A stretch of 64,000 nucleotides of DNA from Alphaproteobacteria bacterium. Its GTDB lineage: Bacteria > Pseudomonadota > Alphaproteobacteria > MPNO01 > UBA830. Both the position numbers and the translations under genes were made by a program. Under the pieces are notes generated by a model, which saw only the letters and a program-made list of their open reading frames with translations, did not search any database and was not told where the DNA came from. The DNA is taken from NCBI GenBank assembly GCA_965243135.1, contig OZ251539.1, positions 4,032,001 to 4,096,000 on the forward strand, given 5' to 3'. Below, piece by piece: positions 9,089 to 19,322 of the stretch (the stretch's first letter is position 1; each line of letters starts with the position of its first letter).

Positions 9089-12000
9089 ATGAGCGCCAGA
9101 GCCGGTACAGGCGTCGTCTCTGGCAGGAAAACGCTCGTACGCCTCTCGCCACGTCGCGAGTTCAAAACGCCGGATGCCGCCATCGCAACACGAAAAACCG
9201 CCCGAGCAAAGAGGTATGTCCTGATCCAACTTTGTCGCAAAAAGCTGATCGCGGATTCTTGCCCCCCCCCCCCCCGAAATCTGAAGCTCGTCGCGCTGGG
9301 CGGGGCCGCGGCTTTTCTGCTGGCTTTTCCGGCCATGTCCTTTGCGCAGCAGGACTGCGGCAGCGCCGTTCGAGGCAGCTACAATAGCGAAACCGGAGTT
9401 TTCTCCGCGGGAACGTCCGCTACGGACGTCGACTACAGGGTGGCTTGCACGGAGGACGACGGAGACTCCGTGATCACGCTGCCGACGGGTCTTTCGCTGC
9501 CGAACGCCGTTTCCGACTCGTACGTGGTGATCGAGGTCGCCGGGTCGGGAAGCGTTCGCAATTTTCAGCCCGGCGCCTGGAAATACGTCGTGAAGACTCC
9601 CGACGACTTCCGGACGGAAAACACGAACGACGCCCTCGGGCACGGCCTGTACTTCCGTAGCGGGAGCGGCGACGTGCGCGTCGAGCTGCGCGGCGCGGCG
9701 ACCACCCGCGGAGCGGGCGCGACCGGCATGCGGGTGCGGGTCGACGGCGGCGGCAAGGCGACGGCGGTCAACATGGGAACGATCGCCACCCATGGCGACA
9801 CGCACACCTCCAGCGCGGTCGGCACGTTCATCCTGCCGGCCTACGGCGTCTACGCGCAAGCGGAGCAGGGCGACGCCGAAGCGGTGAACCGCGGCGAGAT
9901 CTCGACGGGCGGCGATGGAGCGAGAGGCATCTTCGCGCGGGCCCGCGGGTCGGCGGTGGCGACCAATCACGGGAGGATCACGGTTTCCGGTCCTCCGCAT
10001 GTCTCCGGCTCGGAATACCGGTCTCCGCACGGCATTTTCGCATGGGGCGGGACGGCGGAGGCCGCCAATTTCGGGACGGTCGAAACGCGGGGCGACCGGG
10101 GACGCGGCGTCTACGCGCGCGGGAGCGCCGCGACGGCGACCAATCGCGGCACGATCGTCACCCGCGGCAATCGCGCGGGCGTGGAAGGAAATTTCCTCTC
10201 GGCAATGGGAGTGGCCGCCCAATCGGGCGGCGACGCGACGGCCGTGAATGCCGAGGGCGCCGCGGTGGACACCTACGGCACGAATGCCGACGCCCTGTTC
10301 GTCCGGTCGGGTACCGGAGACGCGAACGCCGTGAACGCGGGCGCGCTTCGCACGCACAATACGGTATCGGATCCCGCCAACAGGCTCGCGCTCGCCGCCG
10401 AAGGCATCTACGCGCGTTCGGACAGCGGCAACGTCACGGTCGTGAACGAGGCGACGGGATCCGTGCGGACGGCGGGCCCGAGGACATGGGGCATCCATGC
10501 GAGAACGAACGGCGACGGCGCGGACGCTTCCGCAACGGTGACGGTCACGAACCGGGGCAGCGTGGAGACCCAAGGGTCGAACGCGGACGGCGTCGTGGCG
10601 GCAGCGTATCACGGCGGCAGCGAAGCCAACCCCAACGCCGTCACGACGACCAGTGCCGGACTCGTCAGGACGCAGGGCGACATGGCCAGCGGCATCATCG
10701 CCGCGGTGGACGTCCGCGACCGCGGAACCTCCTTCGGCTCCGCGCGGGCGGAGAACGCCGGCACGATCTCGACGTCCGGCGGACCCGGCGACGGAACGGA
10801 CCCGACGCAGACCGCGTCCGGAGTGGTCGCCGCCTTTTTCAGCACGTCGGACGACGCGATCTCCGACGCCGGAGACGCGACCGCGATCAACAGCGGAACG
10901 GTGACCGTCGCCGGCGCGGGCGCGGCCGGACTCGTCGCCCGGACCTACGGGTCCGGCGCGGCGACGGTGGAAATGAACGGCGGCGCCGTCGTCGCCTCTT
11001 CCGCGGACGACCCCGCGACGACGGCCGACGAGGGCGGCATCGGCATATGGGCCGCCACGGGCGCGTCCGGCAGGGCTTCGGTGACGGTCGGAAACGCGGC
11101 TGTCGTCCGGGCGCCGGTTGCGGCCCGGCTCGACGGCGGCTCCACGAGGCTCGACCTTTCTTCCGGCTGGCTCGTCGGCGACGTGCGCTTCGGGAGCGGC
11201 GACAACACCCTGAACGTCAGGCGATCAGGCGTCATCGTCGGCGACGTGACCTTCGGCGGCGACAGCGGGAACACAGTGATCCTCGACGCCTCCTCGACGG
11301 CAGGGGTCGTCGGCATTCAGGGTTCGATCACCGGGCTTGAAACCATGCTCAAGCGCGGCCCCGGCGTCGCACGCGTGCGCGACGTGACTTTCTCCGGCTC
11401 CCGGCTTGCGGTCGAGGACGGCATGTTGTCGGTTCGCGGCCATCTCGACCTGGGCGGCGACGGCGCCGTCACGATCGAAAACGCCGGCAGGCTGCAGGTG
11501 GAGGTCGGCGACCTTGCCGGCAATCCCCAAGACCACGGACGGATCACGGCTGGAAACGGGGTCCACTTCGAGGAGGGCGCCGAACGGACTGTCCGGGTGG
11601 CGCATGCTCCGGATCGCTCCGCCGCGCAGAGGACCGCTTCCGAACAAGTCCTCCAGACCGCCGGGATCGCAATCCTCGTCGACGGAACCCCTGCCGTCGA
11701 TGGACGGAATGAACAGTCGATTGGGGATCTGACCTTGACGACAGAAACGCCCGAAGGGACGGTGAACACGGTCGGCAACGTCTCTGTAGACGGTGTAGCC
11801 CAGATCAACCCGGGCGCGGAGTTGCCGACCGCCCGGAAGGAGGCCTCTCCACCCGGTGAACAGAAAGCGGACGCGCCTGAGGCTGCCGTGCCCGCCGTGA
11901 AGCGCAAAGACCGCAGGGATCGCCGTTTCCTGATCGGGGGAGGAGGGCTGTTCGCCCTGCTGATGTTCGCTTTCGACCCGTTCCACATGGTGGAGGCGGG

Positions 12001-12835
12001 CGGTTCGAGCGCCGCGGTCCAGCCGGCGGACGGCCGCGAGGGCGTCGAGGCGCGCGCGTTCACCGCGGACGCACGGGTGGCGGGGGGAACGATGCGCGGC
12101 GTGACGCTGGGCGTCGCTTCGCGGCTCGGCGGCGATCTCCATCTCGGAGTGTCGGCGACGCCCGCCCTTGCGGCGACGGCCGATTCCGGGGAGGCGCTGG
12201 AAGGGGGCCGGTTCGGGCTTCAGGGCCGCTGGCGGTCGGGCATCCTGGATATGGGGGCCAGCCTGTCTCACGGAACCTACGACGCCCGGTCGAAGTCCGC
12301 CAACCTCGAAGGGCTGGACAACCCGGAAGGCGTGTACGGACTGCGCCACGACCATGCGCAGATGCGCCTGGGCGCCCGCGTCGCCGCCGCCGGAATCGAC
12401 GTCGCCCCCTCGCTGTCGCTGTTCGGCGGCCGCCTGGAGCAGACGGCGCACACGGCGCGGTCCGCGGCTCTGCGCGCCGAAGTGCCGGCGCTGACCCGGC
12501 GCTACGGCGGCTGGAAGGCGCGGCTCGACCTCGGGCCGCAGGACTGGCTGCAGGCCGGCCCTGTCCGGTGGCGCCCGCGGCTGGGCCTCGCCGCGGCGCG
12601 GATCTCCACCGACGCTCCGGACGGGCTCCGGGTGCGCCAGTCCGACGCCGCCGGCGCGTTGAGCTTCACGACGCCGGCGCAGGCGGAAGCGCTGCCGCGG
12701 AGGATGCACGCGCTCGCCCTGTCGGCGTCCGTCCGCGGCGAAACCTGGAAACTGGACGGCGGCTACGTGGCGGCGATGGCGGCGGACGACAAGCCGGTCC
12801 ATGCCGTTGCGGCGCGGCTGAGCATCGACTTCTGA
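9089..12835 (+). CDS. Autotransporter-like outer-membrane adhesin (start codon uncertain)
   Basis: Signal-peptide-like LVALGGAAAFLLAFPAMSFA-QQ; Gly/Ala/Thr/Asn-rich beta-helix repeats (N.G.I.T.G..A.GI.A); C-terminal beta-domain ending RLSIDF. Confidence 0.8.
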   Translation: MSARAGTGVVSGRKTLVRLSPRREFKTPDAAIATRKTARAKRYVLIQLCRKKLIADSCPPPPRNLKLVALGGAAAFLLAFPAMSFAQQDCGSAVRGSYNSETGVFSAGTSATDVDYRVACTEDDGDSVITLPTGLSLPNAVSDSYVVIEVAGSGSVRNFQPGAWKYVVKTPDDFRTENTNDALGHGLYFRSGSGDVRVELRGAATTRGAGATGMRVRVDGGGKATAVNMGTIATHGDTHTSSAVGTFILPAYGVYAQAEQGDAEAVNRGEISTGGDGARGIFARARGSAVATNHGRITVSGPPHVSGSEYRSPHGIFAWGGTAEAANFGTVETRGDRGRGVYARGSAATATNRGTIVTRGNRAGVEGNFLSAMGVAAQSGGDATAVNAEGAAVDTYGTNADALFVRSGTGDANAVNAGALRTHNTVSDPANRLALAAEGIYARSDSGNVTVVNEATGSVRTAGPRTWGIHARTNGDGADASATVTVTNRGSVETQGSNADGVVAAAYHGGSEANPNAVTTTSAGLVRTQGDMASGIIAAVDVRDRGTSFGSARAENAGTISTSGGPGDGTDPTQTASGVVAAFFSTSDDAISDAGDATAINSGTVTVAGAGAAGLVARTYGSGAATVEMNGGAVVASSADDPATTADEGGIGIWAATGASGRASVTVGNAAVVRAPVAARLDGGSTRLDLSSGWLVGDVRFGSGDNTLNVRRSGVIVGDVTFGGDSGNTVILDASSTAGVVGIQGSITGLETMLKRGPGVARVRDVTFSGSRLAVEDGMLSVRGHLDLGGDGAVTIENAGRLQVEVGDLAGNPQDHGRITAGNGVHFEEGAERTVRVAHAPDRSAAQRTASEQVLQTAGIAILVDGTPAVDGRNEQSIGDLTLTTETPEGTVNTVGNVSVDGVAQINPGAELPTARKEASPPGEQKADAPEAAVPAVKRKDRRDRRFLIGGGGLFALLMFAFDPFHMVEAGGSSAAVQPADGREGVEARAFTADARVAGGTMRGVTLGVASRLGGDLHLGVSATPALAATADSGEALEGGRFGLQGRWRSGILDMGASLSHGTYDARSKSANLEGLDNPEGVYGLRHDHAQMRLGARVAAAGIDVAPSLSLFGGRLEQTAHTARSAALRAEVPALTRRYGGWKARLDLGPQDWLQAGPVRWRPRLGLAAARISTDAPDGLRVRQSDAAGALSFTTPAQAEALPRRMHALALSASVRGETWKLDGGYVAAMAADDKPVHAVAARLSIDF
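9262..9275 (+). repeat. C14 homopolymer in the 5' coding region of the autotransporter
   Basis: 14 consecutive C just upstream of the signal-peptide hydrophobic core. Confidence 0.9.
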
Positions 12836-13212
12836 CCGTCTCCGCCCGCCTCCTTTCCCCCGCAGGGAGGCGGGCGGCGCGCCGAAAGTGCAGGCGCTTG
12901 CGCTGAAAGCGACGGAGCTTGCGGCAGTTGGAGCGCGACGCAACCGGTCAGCCGGGATTGGGCGAACCCGTACCGACCTTTGGGATTTTCCGGTTGCGCG
13001 ACGCACGCAAGGCTCGCCGCGTCGCAGTTGAAAAAGAACCTGGAAAGCCGAACCTGCGGCCAGCCGCACGGCCTTCGGAAGCGCCCGGCCTATCCCATGC
13101 CGGAGGCGTTATGTTGCCATGGTGCCCCCAGCCGGTTCGTCGCGGCAATCGTCCCAAAGGCGCGTGGTTCCGCTGCGGCGCCGAAGCAGGGCGGGACGCC
13201 CGGCCTCGCCCG

Positions 13213-13509
13213 CTATTCCGCCGCCTCGGCCGGCGGCTCCTTCCGGTGCTCGGCGAAAGTCTCGAGCAGGTCGAACTTGCCCTCGACGCGTGCCACTCGC
13301 TCGCTCAGCTTCCGGAACTGCTCGCTCATCTCCCGGAACTGCTCGCTCATCTCCCGGAACTGCTCGTTCATCTCCCGGAACCGTTCGTTCATGTGCAGGG
13401 CAAGAGCGTCGATCCGGCGGTCGAGCCGACGGCCTTGCTGAAGAACCAGCCCGACAATCGCAATGCCGACGCCAAGCATGGTGATGATTTCGGGGGAAAA
13501 CTCTTCCAT
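13213..13509 (-). CDS. Small membrane-anchored coiled-coil protein, copy 1 (98 aa)
   Basis: GGAGG RBS; MEEFSPEIITMLGVGIAIVGLVL hydrophobic helix, MNE(R/Q)FRE heptads, conserved RVARVEGKFDLLE tail. Confidence 0.8.
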   Translation of the reverse strand: MEEFSPEIITMLGVGIAIVGLVLQQGRRLDRRIDALALHMNERFREMNEQFREMSEQFREMSEQFRKLSERVARVEGKFDLLETFAEHRKEPPAEAAE

Positions 13510-14371
13510 GAACTGCCTCCGTCGAGAAATTGAACGTATGCCAAACGTTCGCGCTGCGCAACCTTCTTGAGCCGTTTGCGCCATGCCATTTTTTATTGGC
13601 CCGCCGCCCGGCCGGTACCCCGCGGTCCGCTCCGCCCGCTTGCAAGGGTCGCGCAGGCGGGCGACTGCGAAACAAAATGGACTGTTGATCCGACGCCGTC
13701 GGCGCGCTGAGCTTCACGACGCTGGCGCAGGCGGAAGCGCTGCCGTGGACGATGCACGCGCTCGCCCTGTCGGCATCCACCCGTGGCGAAACCTGGAAGC
13801 TGGACGGCGGCTACGTGGCGGCGATGGTGGCGGACGACAAGCCGGTCCATGCCGTTGCGGCGCGGCTGCGCATCGACTTCTGACCGTCTCCGCCCGCCTC
13901 CATTCCCCCGGAGGGAGGCGGGCGGCGCACCAAAAAATGCAAGCGCCTGCGTTGAAAGCGACGGAGCTTGCGGCCGTTGAACCGCGGCGCAACCGGCTGG
14001 TCGGAACTGGACGAACCCGTACCGACCTTTGCGATTTCCGGTTGCGCGACGCGCACAGGGCTCGCCGCGCCGCAGCCGAAAGAAAACTCGGAAAGCCGAA
14101 CCTGCGGCGAAAACCGGCCGCGCTGCCTCCGGAAGCGCCCGGCCTTTCCCATGCCGGAGGCGCTATGTTGCCGTGGCGCCCCCAGCCGGTCCGTCGCGGC
14201 AACCGTCCCCAAGGCGCGTGGTTCCGCTGCGGCGACGAAGCTTGGGGGAAGTCCGGGCAGTTTCCCGAGACCGCGCCCCGGAACTCCGGAGCGCGGCGGG
14301 CGGCAGCCGCGAGAGAAGGCTGATCGGCGAACTCTGGCGCCGAAGCGGGGCGGGACGCCCGGCCTCGCCCG

Positions 14372-14809
14372 CTATTCCGCCGCCTCGGCCGGCGGCTCTT
14401 TCCGGTGCTCGACGAAAGCCTCGAGCAGATCGAACTTGCCCTCGACGCGCGCCACGCGCCCGCTCAAATCCCGGAATTGCTCGTTCATCTCCCGGAATTG
14501 CTCGTTCATCTCCCGGAACCGTTCGTTCATCTCCCGGAACCGTTCGTTCGTCTGTTCGTTGTGTTGCCGGAATTGCTCGCTAATCTGTTCGGTCAGATGC
14601 CGGAACCGTTCGTTCGTTTGGTCAGTCAGATGCCGATATTGCTCGTTGACCTGCTCGAACCGGTCGTCCGTCCGCCGGTCTCGTTCGTCCATTTGCAGGG
14701 CAAGAGCGTCGATCCGGCGGTCGAGCCGACGCCCCTGCTGAAGAACCAGCCCGATGATGGCAATGCCGACGCCAAGCATGGTGATGATTTCGGGGGAAAA
14801 CTCTTCCAT
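14372..14809 (-). CDS. Small membrane-anchored coiled-coil protein, copy 2 (145 aa)
   Basis: Same termini as copy 1, longer heptad/hendecad array. Confidence 0.8.
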   Translation of the reverse strand: MEEFSPEIITMLGVGIAIIGLVLQQGRRLDRRIDALALQMDERDRRTDDRFEQVNEQYRHLTDQTNERFRHLTEQISEQFRQHNEQTNERFREMNERFREMNEQFREMNEQFRDLSGRVARVEGKFDLLEAFVEHRKEPPAEAAE

Positions 14810-15309
14810 GAACTGCCTCCGTCGAGAAACTGAACGTATGCCAAACGTTCGCGCCGCGCAACCTTCTTGAGCCGTTTGCGCCGTGCCATTTTTTATTGGT
14901 CCGCCGCCCGGCCGGCGCCCCGCGGTCCGCTCCGCCCGCCTGCCCGCCCGCAAGGGTCGCGCAGGCGGAAGCGCCGCCGCGGAGGTTGCACGCACTCGCC
15001 CTGTCGGCGTCCGCCCGCGGCGAAACCTGGAAGCTGGACGGCGGCTACGTGGCGGCGATGGTGGCGGACGACAAGCCGGTCCATGCCGTTGCGGCGCGGC
15101 TGTGCATCGACTTCTGATTCTCGCAGCCCGTCCCCTTCCCCCGGAGGTAGGCGGATGGCGCGCCGAAGGCGCTTGCGCTGAAGCGGCGGAGCTTGCGGCC
15201 GTTGGACCGCAGCGCAACCGGTCAGCCGGAACCGGGCGAACCCGTACCGACCTTTGGGATTTCCGGTTGCGCAGCGCGCACAGGAGGGCTCGCCGCGTCG
15301 CAGCTGAAA

Positions 15310-17266
15310 GTAGAGTCGAGGACTGGCGCGTTAGTTTTAGGGTCCGGTGGATGTTCCGTCGCTTTCGCTCCGGGCCTCAGTCCGGCTCCCTTGACCACGT
15401 TTCCAGTCCCCGCTCGTCAAACCGGACGTGCGGATTTCCCGCGCTTCGGTCGAGATCATGCCTTCGCCCACGGGAAGCTCTTCGTTCGCGGTGTAAGACG
15501 CGTAAGACCTATTTCATTCCATAGGTATTCTTTTGGAAAGCGCGCATACTTTCCTTTACGCACCTTGTGCTTGCGACAGAGCCATTGGCGCAGCCGACGG
15601 GTTGCGTGTCGATCAACGGCGGCGTAGGCGGGGCTGACCTGTCCTGATACGAAATAGTTTCCCCATCCAGTTATTATCCTGTTGAGGCGTTTTACCATCT
15701 CGTCCGGTTCAAGTTGTCCGTTTCTTCTCGCCGTCATTTCACTGTTGGCTTATGCTTTGGACGCTCGCCGAGCTGGGACGCGTTCCAATGTAGGATCGTC
15801 CCGTGTCCCGACGATAGTTGCGTCCGATTCGGTACCCAAGGTATTCTAGTGGTTTCTCAGGCACCCGTAAACATTGGGTCTTCTCCGCGTTTATCGGCAG
15901 TTTCAGCCTTTCCATGAGTGCTTCGACTGCCGCCAGCATCTTGTTGGCCGGCGCTTTGCCGAGCACCACACTGTCCAGTTGACGATCTTCGCGCAGAAGC
16001 TTTGAGCGTAGCCCAATACCTTCCAGCCCAGTATGAACCGGCGCATGTAGATGTTGCTGAGTAGCGGGGAGATCGGCGCTCCTTGCGGAGTGCCTTTCCT
16101 TTCCCTGCGTGCCCGGTTCGTGCGGCGTTTGCCGCCTTTGCCGTCGTCCTCTTCCACTGCCATTTCCAGCCATGCTTTGACCCAGCCCAGCATTCGTCCA
16201 TCGCTTACGCGACGGGCGACGGACTTCATCAGGTCCGCATGCGGGATTTGACCGAAGTAGTCGGACAGGTCCGCGTCCACCACCTCATGGTGGCCTTGTC
16301 TCAGTAACTGGTGCACCCGTTTGACCGCATCGAGTGCGCTTCTTTCCGGTCTGTAGGCATATTGCTCCGGTTGCAGGTCGGCTTCGAAGATCGGCGACAA
16401 TATGAGCATCGCCGCCGTTTGTGCCACCCTGTCCCGTATGCAGGGAATGCCCAGGGGCCGGAATTTTCCGCGCTGTTTCTTCGGGATTAAAACCTGCCGT
16501 ACCGCGGCCGGCCGGTAGGTTCCTTCTTTTAGGTCCCGCGCCAGTTCCTCAAGCCATTGGCCCACTCCTTGCGCTTCAATATCCGCTATCGTCGTTCCGT
16601 CCGTTCCGGCAGTTCCTCCGTTTCGACGGACGTCCTGCCAGGCTGTGAACAGTACTTCGTAGCTCCATACCTTGTCGCATAGCGAGTAGAACCGGAAGCT
16701 CGGGGATTCCTTCGCTTTCGCATGTAACGCTATCTGGAGTCTCCGAACTTTCTCCGAGGCTGCTAGGCTTTTGCCAGTCCTCATGTCCTTTCCTCCTTCC
16801 AACGCTTCTCTCGACCCAAGGCCCCTTTCCTCCACCGGCATTACCCGGCTTCTCCGGTACTACGGGCCTCTCCGCCACCCTGCCGGCCCGGCCTGCCCCT
16901 CGCGGGGTTCCGGTTGACTCTTGCGCGTCACCGACAGGGCTTCCCGTGTTGCTGCTTCCTTCATCTTCCATGCGTGCCGACATCATTACCCCGGCGGAAA
17001 CGGTCGGTGCGCTTGTCGTTCTCTTCCCGACCGTCGGCGGCTTTCCCCTAGTTTCCGGAGGGTCAGCTTCCGCATTGCATGTTTCGAGGCCTGGTTCACT
17101 CGCGTTTCGGCCCGCATGTTCGCTGAGCGGCCTTCGCCGCCCTTTTTCCAGAGTGCTTCAGTCTACATCGTTACCTCCGTAAACCGCCCTGGCTGCTACC
17201 AACCGGAACGACAGTTGTTGGGTGGGATTCGCACCCACCAGAAGAAAGCGCCTTTCCACGGCGCAC
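15310..17266 (-). mobile_element. Group II intron (degenerate)
   Basis: 5' end GTGCGCC at 17266; domain V-like GCGGGAAATCCGCACGTCCGGTTT and 3' end ...CTCGACTCTAC at 15310; removal restores the repeat-unit sequence GCAGCTGAAA|GAAAACCCGGAAAG with no target duplication. Confidence 0.9.
15456..16784 (-). pseudogene. ltrA: Group II intron reverse transcriptase/maturase, frameshifted, YADD motif lost
   Basis: RPLGIPCIRDRVAQ, DADLSDYFGQIPH, GTPQGAPISPLLSNIY; sequence after KIVN lacks YADD (about 15968-15980); C-terminal parts continue in other frames (YLGYRIGR, LNRIITGWGNYF). Confidence 0.9.
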
Positions 17267-17557
17267 GAAAACCCGGAAAGCCGAACCTGCGGCGAAAACC
17301 GGCCGCGCTGCCTCCGGAAGCGCTCAGCCTTTCCCATGCCGGAGGCGCTATGTTGCCGTGGCGCCCCCAGCCGGTCCGTCGCGGCAACCGTCCCCAAGGC
17401 GCGTGGTTCCGCTGCGGCGACGAAGCTTGGGGGAAGTCCGGGCAGTTTCCCGAGACCGCGCCCCGGAACTCCGGAGCGTGGCGGGCGGCAGCCGCGAGAG
17501 AAGGCTGGGTCGGCGAACTCTGGCGCCGAAGAGGGGCGGGACGCCCGGCCTCGCCCG

Positions 17558-17965
17558 CTATTCCGCCGCCTCGGCCGGCGGCTCTTTCCGGTGCTCGACG
17601 AAAGCCTCGAGCAGATCGAACTTGCCCTCGACTCGCGCCACGCGCTCGCTCAACATCTGGAATTGCTCGTTCATCTGCCGGAATTGCTCGTTCATCTGAT
17701 CGGTCAATTGCCGGAACCGTTCGTTCGTCTGTTCGTTGTGTTGCCGGAATTGCTCGTTCATCTGATCGGTCAATTGCCGGAACCGTTCATTCGTCTGGTC
17801 GGTCAGATGCTCGAACCGGTCATCCGTCCGCCGATCCCGCTCGTCCATGCGCAGGACGAGGGCGTCGATCCGGTGGTCGAGCCGACGGCCCTGCTGAAGA
17901 ACCAGCCCGATGATGGCAATGCCGACGCCAAGCATGGTGATGATTTCGGGGGAAAACTCTTCCAT
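17558..17965 (-). CDS. Small membrane-anchored coiled-coil protein, copy 3 (135 aa)
   Basis: Same termini as copies 1 and 2, third repeat arrangement. Confidence 0.8.
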   Translation of the reverse strand: MEEFSPEIITMLGVGIAIIGLVLQQGRRLDHRIDALVLRMDERDRRTDDRFEHLTDQTNERFRQLTDQMNEQFRQHNEQTNERFRQLTDQMNEQFRQMNEQFQMLSERVARVEGKFDLLEAFVEHRKEPPAEAAE

Positions 17966-18051
17966 GAACTGCCTCCGTCGAAAAACTGAACATATGTCAA
18001 ACGTTCGCGCCGCGCAACCTTCTTGAGCCGTTTGCGCCGTGCCATTATTTA

Positions 18052-19322
18052 GGATTCTCGCCAAAATAAAGTGGTTGTTTGGTTGTGCGGGTATGTTATA
18101 TTCCATGTCATGGAACACGCTGTGACGCAAGTGGTGCAGGCCAAGTTCGTTGCACTCAAGCCTTTGCTCGACGAGCGAACGCGCCGCCGCTGGGCTGCGG
18201 TGGAGGCGCGCGCGATTGGACGCGGCGGCATCGCGAGGGTCGCGGAGGCGACAGGGATGTCGAGAACGACCATTCAGGCGGGGATCAAGGAACTCGATCG
18301 ATTGCCGGAGGACGAGCCGGTGCGCAGTCCGGGCGGAGGCAGGAAGCCGCTTACCGCGCATGATCCAGACCTTTTGGCCGCCCTTGAGAGGCAGGTCAAT
18401 CCGGTCACGCGCGGCGACCCGTCCGGTCCATTGCGCTGGACATGCAGCAGTGCCGCGCATCTGGCGCAAGAGCTTCGGACAGCCGGCCACCAGGTCAGCG
18501 AGCGCACGGTGAACCGGATGCTCCATGATGCTGGCTACAGTCTGCAAGCCAACCGCAAAACGCTCGAGGGCAATCAGCACCCGGACCGGGATGCGCAATT
18601 CAGGTATATCAACCGGCGTGTGAAGGCTTTTCAAAAATTGGGTCAGCCGGTCGTGTCGGTTGACGCGAAAAAGAAGGAACTTGTTGGAAAATATAAGAAT
18701 AATGGCAAGGAGTGGAAGCGCAAGGGACAGCCCGAAGCCGTCAACGTTCATGATTTTCCCGACAAGGTGCTCGGGAAAGCACTTCCTTACGGCGTTTACG
18801 ATTTGACGAACGACACGGGGTGGGTGAGCGTCGGCGTCGACCACGACACGGCGACATTCGCTGTCGAAACGTTGCGCCGGTGGTGGTGCAAGATGGGATG
18901 CCATGCCTATCCCGGAGCGCGGCGTTTGCTGATCACAGCCGATGGCGGCGGACGGCAGCCGCAACCGCTTGTGGAAATGGGAGTTGCAGAAGCTTGCCGA
19001 CGATATCGGTCTCCAAATCTCCGTTTGTCACTTTCCGCCCGGGACGAGCAAGTGGAACAAAATCGAACATCGCATGTTCTGTCACGCACAATTGGCGCGG
19101 ACGTCCGTTGACAAGCCACGAGGTGGTCGTGAACCTCATTGGCCATACGACAACGAAAAGCGGCTTGACCCTCCGGTCCGAGTTGGACGAAAACAGCTAT
19201 CCAACAGGGCAACCGGTGACGGACCGGCAGATGGCCAGCCTGTCTCTCAAACGAGACAACTTCCATGGAGAGTGGAATTATAGATTCTCGCCAAAATAAA
19301 CAGTTTATTTTGGCGAGCTTCC
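18052..19322 (+). mobile_element. ISAzo13-family insertion sequence
   Basis: Terminal IRs GGATTCTCGCCAAAATAAA / TTTATTTTGGCGAGCTTCC, flanked by a TTA duplication (18049-18051, 19323-19325). Confidence 0.85.
18110..19299 (+). pseudogene. ISAzo13-family DDE transposase with two frameshifts
   Basis: LDERTRRRWAA, TRGDP, YSLQANRKTLEG..HPDRDAQF, SVDAKKKELVG, PPGTSKWNKIEHRMF, FHGEWNY; frame breaks near 18950 and 19085. Confidence 0.88.

Noticed and set aside
12641-17266. Diversity-generating retroelement (RT near repeated copies of a surface-gene 3' end)
   Set aside because: Differences between the copies are mostly at C, G and T, not adenine-specific; the RT is a group II intron maturase inside a full intron and lacks YADD; no avd-like gene
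13300-17830. CRISPR-like array from the 21-nt repeats
   Set aside because: Repeats are head-to-tail coding heptads with no unique spacers, and no cas genes are present
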